A DNA stretch of 64,000 nucleotides from contig CALRHC010000002.1 of assembly GCA_943359335.1 (NCBI GenBank), positions 1,290 to 65,289 of the forward strand. The letters are read 5' to 3'. The notes beneath the pieces are model-generated. The model was given only the letters and a program-made list of their open reading frames with translations. It did no database searches and had not been told where the DNA came from. Below are positions 50,228 through 59,198 of this stretch, piece by piece; the stretch's first letter is position 1; each line of letters opens with the position of its first letter. The translations under genes were made by a program, and so were the position numbers. Source of the DNA: Candidatus Yanofskybacteria bacterium (lineage in GTDB: Bacteria > Patescibacteriota > Minisyncoccia > JACQLN01).

Positions 50228-50365
50228 TCACCAAAACCAGTCTATTATGTATCCGGCACAAGCCATCGGCAAAAGAAGAATGATTGCCTCTAATACGAAT
50301 AGCACTGCAAAGTTAGGTTCATATTCCATTCTCGCTACACTTAATAACTCCGACCTCTTTGCCAT
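50228..50365 (-). CDS. 45 aa small membrane protein absent from the ORF track
   Basis: AGGAG + MAKRSELLSVARMEYEPNFAVLFVLEAIILLLPMACAGYIIDWFW*. Confidence 0.55.
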   Translation of the reverse strand: MAKRSELLSVARMEYEPNFAVLFVLEAIILLLPMACAGYIIDWFW

Positions 50366-50446
50366 ACTTTGCTCCTTTGTTTAAATTAACTTGCCTAAAA
50401 TCAATGATTCTGATATTATCAAACCTACTTATTAAACGCAATTATG

Positions 50447-50518
50447 CCCCGTAGTAGAATCTCCGAAAGATGCCTTTGGCATCAATTGGATACAGATCGG
50501 AAATTCACTAGCAGGGCT
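50447..50518 (+). repeat. Family C copy 2, between duplicated AATTATGCC at the rpsT start
   Basis: Matches 40281-40350 with a covarying pair in the GATGC/GCATC stem. Confidence 0.88.
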
Positions 50519-50557
50519 ATAATTTTGTAGCTAAACGCTACGCTTATAGACAAAATT

Positions 50558-50821
50558 ATGCCTATCAAAAAATCGGCCAAAAAGGCCTTAAGACAAACAG
50601 AAAAAAGAACCAAAGTTAATAAAGACAGAAAGTCTAATATTAAAGATTTGGAAAAGAAGCTGGTTAAGGAAATTTCGGCTAAAAACAAAAAAGAGGCTGC
50701 TCAAGCTTTGAGTAATTTTTCACAAGCTTTAGATAAAGCTGTAAAAAATCACGTACTTCTTAAGAACACAGCTTCCCGCCAAAAATCACGCTTTCAAAAA
50801 GCTATAAACAAAATCAGTTAA
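50558..50821 (+). CDS. rpsT: 30S ribosomal protein S20
   Basis: MPIKKSAKKALRQ, LDKA, KNTASR.KSR. Confidence 0.96.
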   Translation: MPIKKSAKKALRQTEKRTKVNKDRKSNIKDLEKKLVKEISAKNKKEAAQALSNFSQALDKAVKNHVLLKNTASRQKSRFQKAINKIS

Positions 50822-51736
50822 CGCTTCTCTGCCATCTTTGCCGCCAGTTTTTATAGCTAAATCAACATCTACCAAACTTTGGTAGATGTTTTTTAATTCT
50901 ACTTGAGAAAAGTTTTTTAAAGCACTTAAAGTTTTTTGTGCCACCCAAGGGTTTAGTTTAAATTTTTGAACAGCTTCGGCTTGTGTAATTTTGACATCGG
51001 CTAGTTTTAACATATTTCTAAACTGCCAAACTAAAGCTCCTAAAACCAAAACAGGGTCTTCGTTTTTTTGCCACAACTCTTCCAACCCTTCTAAAGCTAA
51101 GCTAACTTTTTTCTGAACCAAAGCGTCAGTAACTTTAAAACTACTCGCCACCACATTAAATACAACTAAATTCTCTATATCTTTTTTTGTTATAGTACTA
51201 TTGCTATGAGCCGATAGTTTAGCTACTTCGTTCCAAACTCTATTAGCATCACAGCCCACACCATCTATCAAAAACGCTAAATCTGTACGAGAAATTTTAA
51301 TATTTTCTTCTTCGGTCTTTTTTAAACACCAATCTATTAATTTGGGTTTATCTAAATTTTTAAATTCTTTAACTTCGCCTAATGTTTTTAAAAACTCAAC
51401 TCTTTTTTTAATACCTTCTTTTAAATCGCCTAAAATATCGTATAGAACTAAAATGACGTCGTCGGATTCTTTTAAAAATTTGTTTTTATTTATAATATCT
51501 TCAACTTCTTTATACTTAGGCTCTACAGTAGATAAAACTCCTCTTAAAAAAACTAACTTCTTTTCGCTAAACATAGACTGGCTTTCCAAAGAAGATTTTA
51601 ATTCGTCGCAGTTTTCTTCTAAATCGAACTTAAACAAATTTAAACCACTCTTAAACTTAGCCCTATAAGATTCGCTAATCTTGGCCAATTTTTCTTGTAT
51701 TAAAAAAGAATTTTCTCCGTAATATGTATAGATCAT
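50786..51736 (-). CDS. holA: DNA polymerase III delta subunit
   Basis: YGEN.F, SMFSEKKLV, NE..KL, D.AIKTG. Confidence 0.88.
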   Translation of the reverse strand: MIYTYYGENSFLIQEKLAKISESYRAKFKSGLNLFKFDLEENCDELKSSLESQSMFSEKKLVFLRGVLSTVEPKYKEVEDIINKNKFLKESDDVILVLYDILGDLKEGIKKRVEFLKTLGEVKEFKNLDKPKLIDWCLKKTEEENIKISRTDLAFLIDGVGCDANRVWNEVAKLSAHSNSTITKKDIENLVVFNVVASSFKVTDALVQKKVSLALEGLEELWQKNEDPVLVLGALVWQFRNMLKLADVKITQAEAVQKFKLNPWVAQKTLSALKNFSQVELKNIYQSLVDVDLAIKTGGKDGREALTDFVYSFLKA

Positions 51737-52584
51737 TTATATAATCTTTGGCATTTTGGGCAAAAATGCGCCGTACGCGAGCCCACTGTTACTGTTTTGA
51801 TTCTGCTGCCGCAGGCTCGCCCGCCGCTTTGGAGGGCACATTTTTCGCCTTTACGGGCATAAACTAAACGCTGATTAAAATAATCCCCCTTCTTACCAGA
51901 TGTGTCCCGATAGTCTTGGCGGGTTGTACCACGCAATTTAATTGATCGCTCTAAAACAGAAATTAATTTTATAAATAATATTTTTAAGTTACCTTGTGGT
52001 ATTTTTTCAACCAAACTTAGTGGATGAATTTTGGCCATATACAAAGCTTCGTCGGAATATATATTACCCACACCGGCCAAAAATTCTTGGTTTAATAAAA
52101 CTGTTTTAACTTTTCCTTTACGCTTGGAAATTAGTTGTAAAAAATCTCTGGTAGTAATTTCTAAAGGATCGGGGCCAAGTTTTTTAATTTCTGGCCGAGC
52201 TAAAACCTTGTCTTTTTCGCCAAAAATAATCCGGCCGAATTTTCTAACATCGGAAAAATAAAGCTTTGAATGCTTTTTGCCTTTTTTAATATTAAAAATT
52301 AAATGAACAAAGCTTTTTCTTTCTGGTTCGTTAAACAAAAAATGCCCAGTCATTTTTAAATGAACCGCCAACATATACCCACTCGAAAGATGAAAAAGAA
52401 TATTCTTACCCCTGCGTTCTATTTTATTTATTTTTTTATTCTTTACGAGGCGTTGAACACTAGAAAGTCCACCGCTTAAAGAAAAATATTTAGGCCAATC
52501 ACTCCAAATACTAACAAAAACATAACCTGAAAGTCTTTTTTTAAGGTCTTGAGTTATAGTTTCAACTTCTGGTAATTCTGGCAT
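51733..52584 (-). CDS. mutM: Formamidopyrimidine-DNA glycosylase
   Basis: MPELPEVE, HLKMTG, D.RKFG, GVGNIY.DE, FCPKCQ. Confidence 0.96.
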   Translation of the reverse strand: MPELPEVETITQDLKKRLSGYVFVSIWSDWPKYFSLSGGLSSVQRLVKNKKINKIERRGKNILFHLSSGYMLAVHLKMTGHFLFNEPERKSFVHLIFNIKKGKKHSKLYFSDVRKFGRIIFGEKDKVLARPEIKKLGPDPLEITTRDFLQLISKRKGKVKTVLLNQEFLAGVGNIYSDEALYMAKIHPLSLVEKIPQGNLKILFIKLISVLERSIKLRGTTRQDYRDTSGKKGDYFNQRLVYARKGEKCALQSGGRACGSRIKTVTVGSRTAHFCPKCQRLYK

Positions 52585-52585
52585 G

Positions 52586-52915
52586 TTATCTATTGTCTCC
52601 GCTACCGTGAATTTTATCTTTTTTAAACCTAGACGATAATTTTTCTATGTTTGCTTTTGCAATATCTTCTAGAGAAAATTTTAGCTCACCTGCCATTTGC
52701 GATATGTACCACAAAACATCGCCTAGTTCTTTTTTTATATCCTCCCTCTTTTCTTTGGTAATAATACCTTTATCATCTCTTAAAATTTTCTTTACCTTGT
52801 TAGCAACTTCTCCGGCTTCACCCACCAAACCCAGCGTTGGGTAAATAATATTTTTTCCAATATTAGGATAAGCTGCAGTTTTCTTAGCTTTATTTTGATA
52901 TTCTTTAAAATCCAT
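52586..52915 (-). CDS. MazG-like nucleotide pyrophosphohydrolase
   Basis: LGLVGEAGEV, ELGDVLWY, GSGDNR; start at MDFKEYQ. Confidence 0.9.
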   Translation of the reverse strand: MDFKEYQNKAKKTAAYPNIGKNIIYPTLGLVGEAGEVANKVKKILRDDKGIITKEKREDIKKELGDVLWYISQMAGELKFSLEDIAKANIEKLSSRFKKDKIHGSGDNR

Positions 52916-52982
52916 GCCAATTTTATTTGCGAACAAAGTGAGCAATTATTAAAATTGAGCACTCTGAGTGTAATCGAAGAGT
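52913..52982 (-). repeat. Stacked hairpins ending on the start codon (family D plus a CTTCGA..CTCAG hairpin)
   Basis: ACTCTTCGATTACACTCAGAGT then GCTCAATTTT..CTCACTTTGTTCGC..AAAATTGGCATG. Confidence 0.8.
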
Positions 52983-52987
52983 AACGA

Positions 52988-53551
52988 CTACCCATTCTTA
53001 CTCTTTCTTTTTACTATGTAAATAGACGTAACTAAAAGTATTGCCGAAAAATTTAAAATCATAAACCAAGGCGTACTCCAAGGAATACCATCAAATTTCC
53101 AATTGGCTAATGGCCAAAGTATTGGTGTTGGATAAAATTTATAAGAATGAGTTGGTAAATCTATTAATATGTGAAGTAACCAACCCAGCATCTCCCATCT
53201 TATTTTTTTAGTTAAGAAATAAACTAAACCAAAAATAAAAGTAAAAACTACCGCGCTGTGGCTAATGTTATAAAGTGAGTGAGTTAATCTAAATATAAAA
53301 AGTGTATCGCGATTTACAGGTTCAAGCTCGAAGGGATGTGGGATAGTAAATATATTTTGATCTCCCATGCCCAATAAAAAAACTAATGCCGCTGAAATAA
53401 AAATAGGAGCAAAAGCAAAAATATCGGGTAAGATTCCCCATGTTGCTGCCCAAACAGTATTTATTCCCTTTTTATCTTTAAAATATTTAAGTTTAGAACT
53501 AGCAGTTTTAGCAGCTACAGCTGTCCAAAAAGCATGAGAAAATATATCCAT
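52988..53551 (-). CDS. Membrane-bound metal-dependent hydrolase (YdjM-like)
   Basis: MD..SH, LPD, SHS, HILID..TH. Confidence 0.78.
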   Translation of the reverse strand: MDIFSHAFWTAVAAKTASSKLKYFKDKKGINTVWAATWGILPDIFAFAPIFISAALVFLLGMGDQNIFTIPHPFELEPVNRDTLFIFRLTHSLYNISHSAVVFTFIFGLVYFLTKKIRWEMLGWLLHILIDLPTHSYKFYPTPILWPLANWKFDGIPWSTPWFMILNFSAILLVTSIYIVKRKSKNG

Positions 53552-53560
53552 TTTTTAATT

Positions 53561-55762
53561 TTATTTTAGATCACCCCAATTTTTACCAACCTCTACTTCA
53601 GCTACTATTGGCACACCGATATCGGCAACGTTTTCCATAATATTTTTTACAATCTTTGAATATTTTTCTGCAACTTCTTCCTTAACTTCAAAAACCAATT
53701 CATCGTGAACTTGTAAAATCATTTTTATATCTTTTTTGGAACCTAATTCTTTTTCTATTTCTACCATCGCTGCTTTAACAATATCTCCTGTAGCCGTTCC
53801 TTGTATGGGCATATTTACAGCTTCTCTTTCGGCTGCCGCTCGCATCATTGGGTTAGGTGAATTTAAATCTACAAAACGTTTTCTACCCCATAAAGTTTCA
53901 ACATAACCCTGCGAACGAGCCTTGTTTTTTATATCGCGAATAAATTTAGCCAAACCCGAAAAACCAGCTTCGTAACCACGAATAAATTCTTGGGCCTCAC
54001 TTAATGTTACACCGGCTGATTGACTAAAAGCTCTTGGGCCCATGCCATAAAGCACGCCGAAGTTTAATGTTTTAGCTTCACGGCGCATGTCTTTTGTAAC
54101 TTTATCTAGCGGAACATTAAAAACTTCAGCTGCGGTTCTAGTATGAATATCTTCGCCTTTTTTAAAAGTGTCTATCATTTTTTCGTCGCCCGACATCGCC
54201 GCCGCTACACGAAGCTCTATTTGAGAATAGTCTGCCGCCAAAATCAGCCAACCATCTGGAGCAGTAAATGCTCGCCTAATTTCTAAACCATATTCACCTT
54301 TGGTTGGAATATTTTGTAAGTTTGGATTTTCCGAAGATAATCTACCTGTAACTGCGCCCAACTGTTTAAATGTTGTATGCAATCTACCGTCTGTACCAAC
54401 TAATCTTGGTAAGGCATCAACATATGTAGATTTTAATTTTGAAAGTTCGCGCCAACGCAAAATCAAAGGGAAAATTGGATGAGAATCTTTTAATTTATCT
54501 AGCTGATCAAATGCAGTAGAATATGCCCCGCTCTTTTTTGTTTTTTTAATTTTAGCTCCACCTAAATTTAGCTTTTCAAAAAGTATTCGGCCAAGTTCTT
54601 GAGTGGAATTTATATTAAATTCTTCTCCGGCAAATTCTATTATTTTATTTTTAATTTCAGCTAGTTCTTTTTCGAACTTTTCGCTTAAATTTTTTAACAG
54701 CTTAACGTCTAATAAAATACCTGTTTTTTCCATCTTTCTTAACACCGGCCGTACATCTTTTTCTAGTTTGTATATTTTTTCCGAAAAAATTCCTTTTTTA
54801 TAATATTCGTCTAGTTCGTCACCAATTAATTGAGCCTGCTCTGGAATTGATTCCTGTTCAGCCTCTATGCCCTTAAGATCATTAAGACGATTAATCAAAC
54901 TTTTAAAACCAAATCTAAAAAAAAGTTTTTTAATTTCTTCGTTTTCTACCAAATTAAAAGCGGTTTTTATAAAATCTAAATCAACCGGAACATCTCTTTT
55001 TATGGTTGCCAATCTTTTACTTAAAAATGCATCATCTTTGTTTACCGAAAGTTTTTCGAATAACTTAACACTTTTAACTTTAATCTTTTCTAAATTTTTA
55101 TATATATTTTCTAAACTGCCATATTCATTTAATAAATTAATAGCTGTTTTTTCGCCAATACCAAGCACGCCCGGGATATTGTCGGAAGCATCGCCTTTTA
55201 AGCCTTTAAGATCTGTTATTTGGCTTGGCCCCAAACCTTCGTATCTTTCACGAACAAGGACTTCGTTATATATAACGGTATCGTTTACGCCTTTTTTAAG
55301 CGTATAAACCAAAATATTTTCGTCGTCTATTAATTGTAAACAATCTAAATCACCCGTAACTATTATTTTTGTAAGTTCTTTTTTATTTTTTAATTTTTCT
55401 ACAACCGTGCCGATAATATCGTCAGCCTCAAAACTTTGAAGTTGTAAGACCGGAATTTTAAAAGCTTCTACAAGTTCCTTAACCAAAGAAAATTGATTAA
55501 TTAACGCATCATCTGTTGCAGGCCTATGGGCCTTATATTCTTTGTATTCTTTTTCCCGAAAAGTTGGGCCGGCCATATCAAACGCCGCCACAATATATTG
55601 TGGTTTTAATTCTTTAATAACGCGCATCAACACGCTGGCGAAACCATAAACAGCCTGCACTTGCCTACCATCTGGCGCAGTTAAAATTGGCAAAGCGTGA
55701 TAAGCGCGGTGGATTAAAGCATGACTGTCGATAATTACTAATTTTTCTTTTTCGTTTTTCAT
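53561..55762 (-). CDS. polA: DNA polymerase I (no 3'-5' exonuclease segment)
   Basis: 5'-3' exo EADD/GD.SDNIPG; TGRLSS.NPNLQNIP, DYSQIELR, QVHDEL. Confidence 0.96.
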   Translation of the reverse strand: MKNEKEKLVIIDSHALIHRAYHALPILTAPDGRQVQAVYGFASVLMRVIKELKPQYIVAAFDMAGPTFREKEYKEYKAHRPATDDALINQFSLVKELVEAFKIPVLQLQSFEADDIIGTVVEKLKNKKELTKIIVTGDLDCLQLIDDENILVYTLKKGVNDTVIYNEVLVRERYEGLGPSQITDLKGLKGDASDNIPGVLGIGEKTAINLLNEYGSLENIYKNLEKIKVKSVKLFEKLSVNKDDAFLSKRLATIKRDVPVDLDFIKTAFNLVENEEIKKLFFRFGFKSLINRLNDLKGIEAEQESIPEQAQLIGDELDEYYKKGIFSEKIYKLEKDVRPVLRKMEKTGILLDVKLLKNLSEKFEKELAEIKNKIIEFAGEEFNINSTQELGRILFEKLNLGGAKIKKTKKSGAYSTAFDQLDKLKDSHPIFPLILRWRELSKLKSTYVDALPRLVGTDGRLHTTFKQLGAVTGRLSSENPNLQNIPTKGEYGLEIRRAFTAPDGWLILAADYSQIELRVAAAMSGDEKMIDTFKKGEDIHTRTAAEVFNVPLDKVTKDMRREAKTLNFGVLYGMGPRAFSQSAGVTLSEAQEFIRGYEAGFSGLAKFIRDIKNKARSQGYVETLWGRKRFVDLNSPNPMMRAAAEREAVNMPIQGTATGDIVKAAMVEIEKELGSKKDIKMILQVHDELVFEVKEEVAEKYSKIVKNIMENVADIGVPIVAEVEVGKNWGDLK

Positions 55763-56193
55763 TTAATAACAACTTTTCTTTCTTTTTCATTTAGAACACT
55801 AAAGTAAATTCTAACAGTATTTTTGGGTAAAAGCTTTTCTATTTTTTCTGGCCACTCTATTACCAAAATATTTTCTTTATCTTTTAATAAATCTTTTAAA
55901 CCTAAACTTGTTAAATCTTTTGCCGAATTTAAACGATAAGTATCTATATGAGTTAAAAATTTAAAACTACCAACTGGTTTTGATAAAGAAAAAGTTTTCA
56001 TAATAACAAAAGTTGGGCTTAGTATTTTTTCTTTTACACCCAAAGCCTTAGCCAAAAATTGGGTAAACGTAGTTTTACCCGAACCTAAGTTTCCGTACAA
56101 CGCCAAAACAGAACCGCTGTTTTTTGCTAAATCTTTGGTTATTTTTTTAGCCAGTTTTTCGGTGTCTTTTAAACTCTTTAATACAATCTCCAT
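55759..56193 (-). CDS. tsaE: t6A biosynthesis ATPase TsaE
   Basis: GNLGSGKTT, SPTF, HID.YRL, IEWP. Confidence 0.95.
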   Translation of the reverse strand: MEIVLKSLKDTEKLAKKITKDLAKNSGSVLALYGNLGSGKTTFTQFLAKALGVKEKILSPTFVIMKTFSLSKPVGSFKFLTHIDTYRLNSAKDLTSLGLKDLLKDKENILVIEWPEKIEKLLPKNTVRIYFSVLNEKERKVVIK

Positions 56194-56260
56194 CAGCCCA
56201 ATGTTAGCAAACGCGCGAGTATAAAAAAAGGAGCGTTCGTTTGAACACTCCTTTAAAAGG

Positions 56261-56896
56261 TTATGGGTTTCTGACTTTGTGAATTCCGCGCTGAAGTAAC
56301 ATGTTCACATCAATCGTCATGTTCAGTGTATTCGAACCACGATATTCCCGCGGATTTCTGTCGGGTAGGTAAACCACGTCGTTTACCACTTCTCTGACGT
56401 GTTCACCAGCATTTGTACCCAAGTACGGGATATAGGTATAAACGTCACTGGCGGGCTCTGTAGCCACCCTGCCAGTACATATCTGCGGAGGGCCAACCAT
56501 ACAATCAGTCATATCTTTAGATATCACCAAAAGAGTGTACTCCTGCCCCGGATAAAACCCACCCATTAGCTTGGTTATGTATTGGGGATAAGGATCCCTA
56601 GGGCTGTCGGCCGGCCCCAAACCGAAAGATCCGATTGGAACCACACAGAGAGCCGGATAACCCTTATCATCGTACACAATAAGATCGTCTCTATAGTAGT
56701 GCCCGTTAAAAACCAAGACATCCCGCCATACAGACGACCTATTAACAAATAGCAGATTACCCTGACGCAAGCGCTCTCTACCAAGATCCTTTACTGGCAT
56801 CACCTGCGGGTTTTGAACCACGGGCAGTTGATATGTATGGATCGCACAGCTATTTAGCACGATTATTGCTAAAAAAACTAGACTTTTAAGGAACAT
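56261..56896 (-). CDS. Orphan putative lipoprotein
   Basis: Signal ending LNSC; own TTGACA/TAGTAT promoter, GGAGG SD, terminator. Confidence 0.65.
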   Translation of the reverse strand: MFLKSLVFLAIIVLNSCAIHTYQLPVVQNPQVMPVKDLGRERLRQGNLLFVNRSSVWRDVLVFNGHYYRDDLIVYDDKGYPALCVVPIGSFGLGPADSPRDPYPQYITKLMGGFYPGQEYTLLVISKDMTDCMVGPPQICTGRVATEPASDVYTYIPYLGTNAGEHVREVVNDVVYLPDRNPREYRGSNTLNMTIDVNMLLQRGIHKVRNP

Positions 56897-57000
56897 AACG
56901 CACCTCCATCGTATATGTTTTAGCGTTTTTTAACTTTTTATATACTACATAAAAGTAATATCTTTGTCAAATAGATAGTTTACTTGATAAAATGTTTGTA

Positions 57001-57322
57001 TATGCCCAGTAACACTACTTCAAACATGTTCTTCTACACGTATGTGTTGCTGAGTTTAAAAGACGGTAGGTTCTATATGGGTTATACTAATGATTTAAAG
57101 CGTAGAGTAGAAGAACATAATTCTGGCAAAAGTTTTGCTACCGAACCCAGAAGACCATTTAAACTGGTTTACTACGAAGCATGTCTGAACAAGAATGATG
57201 CCGAGAACAGAGAAGATTATTTAAAAAGTACTATTGGTCGAAGATTTTTATCAAAAAGATTAAGAAACTTTAAAAGGGAAATATAAAACTTTTGCCTTTT
57301 GAAGTAGAGTTAACTGGGTATG
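57001..57322 (+). mobile_element. Stem-enclosed GIY-YIG element at the pilB start codon
   Basis: TATGCCCAGTAACACTACTTCAAA pairs with TTTGAAGTAGAGTTAACTGGGTATG; TATG at both ends. Confidence 0.7.
57002..57286 (+). CDS. Small GIY-YIG nuclease family protein
   Basis: FYTYVL.S.KD..FY.GYT.DLKRR..EHN.G, YYEA, A..RE.YLKS; start 57002 or 57026. Confidence 0.9.
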   Translation: MPSNTTSNMFFYTYVLLSLKDGRFYMGYTNDLKRRVEEHNSGKSFATEPRRPFKLVYYEACLNKNDAENREDYLKSTIGRRFLSKRLRNFKREI

Positions 57323-58966
57323 GATGAACTAACTCAACAACGCGATGATAAATTAACCGATATTCATCGTGGGCAAGAAGAATCTGCTTGCGAATTAAAA
57401 GCCCAAAAACTTGGTTTAAATTATATCAACCTCGCGCATGTTCCAGTTGAACGCGATAGTTTACACTTTATTCCCAAAGAAGAGGCCGAGAGAATAAGGG
57501 CTATCGTTATTCTTAAAAAAGGCCAAACTCTTAAACTGGGTGCAGTTGAACCAGCAAACGAAGAAACTAAACAGGTTGCAGAAAGATTAAAATCTCAAGG
57601 TTTTAATATAGAAATTTTTATGATTTCTATATCATCTTTCAAAAAAGCCTTAGATGAATTTAAGTTTCTACCCTCACAAATTAAAGGTGCCTCTACTTCT
57701 GGCGAAATATCTTTAGAAAAAATAGAAATATTAAAAAAAGAATTAGCAACCTTTGCCAATCTTAAAACTAAATTATCGCAAGTGAACCAAACCGATACTA
57801 GCGCTCTTTTAGAAATATTTTTAAGCGCAGCTTTAACGCTAGAAGTTTCCGATATTCATGTGGAGCCTCAAGAAAATCAAACACAGATACGTTTTAGGTT
57901 AGATGGTGTTTTACAAGATGCCGGAACAGTTATAAAGACTGTTTACGAATCGGTTCTTTCCAGAATCAAATTGCTTTCCGGTTTAAGGTTAAATGTTAAA
58001 GATGTTCCGCAAGATGGTCGTTTTACCATTAAAGAAGATGGTGCGGAAGTTGAAGTTAGGGTTTCTATACTCCCTGGTGCTTATGGCGAATATATAGTTT
58101 TAAGAATTTTAAACCCTAACGCAATTAAATTAAATATTAAAGATTTAGGTTTTAGAGATTATCTTTGGCAAAAATTAGAACCAGAAATTAAAAAACCTAG
58201 TGGCATAATTTTAGTAACAGGCCCAACAGGATCTGGTAAAACAACAACACTTTACGCTTTTTTAAAACACTTAAACCAACCAGGAATTAAAATTATTACA
58301 TTAGAAGATCCTATTGAATACCATCTGCAAGGTATAGATCAATCACAAGTTGAACCAGAAAAAGGCTACACTTTTGCCCAAGGACTGCGCTCTATTTTGC
58401 GCCAAGACCCAAATATTATATTGGTTGGAGAAATTCGCGACGAAGAAACTGCCGATGTTGCGCTTCACGCCGCCTTAACCGGACATTTAGTTTTTTCTAC
58501 ACTTCATACCAACGATGCCATTGGTGCCATCCCCCGCTTTCTAGATTTAAATGCTAAGTCTCAAATTTTAGCTTCTGCATTAAATGCAGCTATCGGGCAA
58601 AGATTGGTTAGAAAATTATGTTCTAGCTGCAAAGCTCCAGCCGATGGAGATGACGTAGAAAAAATTAAAAAGAATTTATCGGATATTCCTGAAAACATAA
58701 TTCCTAAAGAAATCACTGTTTACAAAAAAGTTGGTTGTGAAAAATGTGGCGGCACAGGGTACAAGGGTAGAATCGGTATTTACGAAGTAGTTTTTGTTAG
58801 CGACTCTTTAGAAAAATTAATAGCAACAAACCCTTCCCATCAAGATATTTTAACGGAAGCCAAAAAAAATGGTTTTATAACAATGTTCCAAGATGGTTTA
58901 CTTAGAGTACTCGAAGGAGAAACAACACTAGAAGAAATATCTAGAGTTACGTCTTCTAATGTATAA
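57320..58966 (+). CDS. pilB: Type IV pilus/T2SS assembly ATPase (PilB/GspE)
   Basis: SDIH.EP, PQDGR, GPTGSGKTT, LRQDP, GEIRD, tetracysteine motif. Confidence 0.92.
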   Translation: MDELTQQRDDKLTDIHRGQEESACELKAQKLGLNYINLAHVPVERDSLHFIPKEEAERIRAIVILKKGQTLKLGAVEPANEETKQVAERLKSQGFNIEIFMISISSFKKALDEFKFLPSQIKGASTSGEISLEKIEILKKELATFANLKTKLSQVNQTDTSALLEIFLSAALTLEVSDIHVEPQENQTQIRFRLDGVLQDAGTVIKTVYESVLSRIKLLSGLRLNVKDVPQDGRFTIKEDGAEVEVRVSILPGAYGEYIVLRILNPNAIKLNIKDLGFRDYLWQKLEPEIKKPSGIILVTGPTGSGKTTTLYAFLKHLNQPGIKIITLEDPIEYHLQGIDQSQVEPEKGYTFAQGLRSILRQDPNIILVGEIRDEETADVALHAALTGHLVFSTLHTNDAIGAIPRFLDLNAKSQILASALNAAIGQRLVRKLCSSCKAPADGDDVEKIKKNLSDIPENIIPKEITVYKKVGCEKCGGTGYKGRIGIYEVVFVSDSLEKLIATNPSHQDILTEAKKNGFITMFQDGLLRVLEGETTLEEISRVTSSNV

Positions 58967-59002
58967 AAATATCCCCCGACGTAAAGTCGAGGGACATTTT
59001 TT
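58967..59002. terminator. Bidirectional hairpin/terminator (family E)
   Basis: ATCCCCCGACGTAAAGTCGAGGGACAT flanked by A and T runs; similar to 34762-34782. Confidence 0.7.
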
Positions 59003-59198
59003 GTGTTTCTGTTAAAAAAGTCTGCAGGCAAACCCCTTGGGCGTAAACGCCTTCGGGGTAACCCCCGAATCTTGGGAAACACAGGGAGAGAATCTCGCTG
59101 AGGATAGGCTCAGCCTCCTGATACAAGACCAGAAAACCAATCCGTCCTAAACTAAGCCAAGTTCCCTTTGCCTACAGGCTTTTAAAACGAAACAACAA
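59001..59198 (-). ncRNA. Structured ncRNA, 6S RNA candidate
   Basis: TTGACA-17-TAAAAT promoter at 59234-59206; long terminal stem AAAAGCCTGTAGGCAAA..CTTGG / CCAAG..TTTGCCTGCAGACTTTT; internal hairpins; no credible ORF. Confidence 0.6.

Noticed and set aside
58840-59082. 80 aa minus-strand ORF overlapping the ncRNA candidate
   Set aside because: GTG start without RBS, runs through the terminator and antisense into pilB
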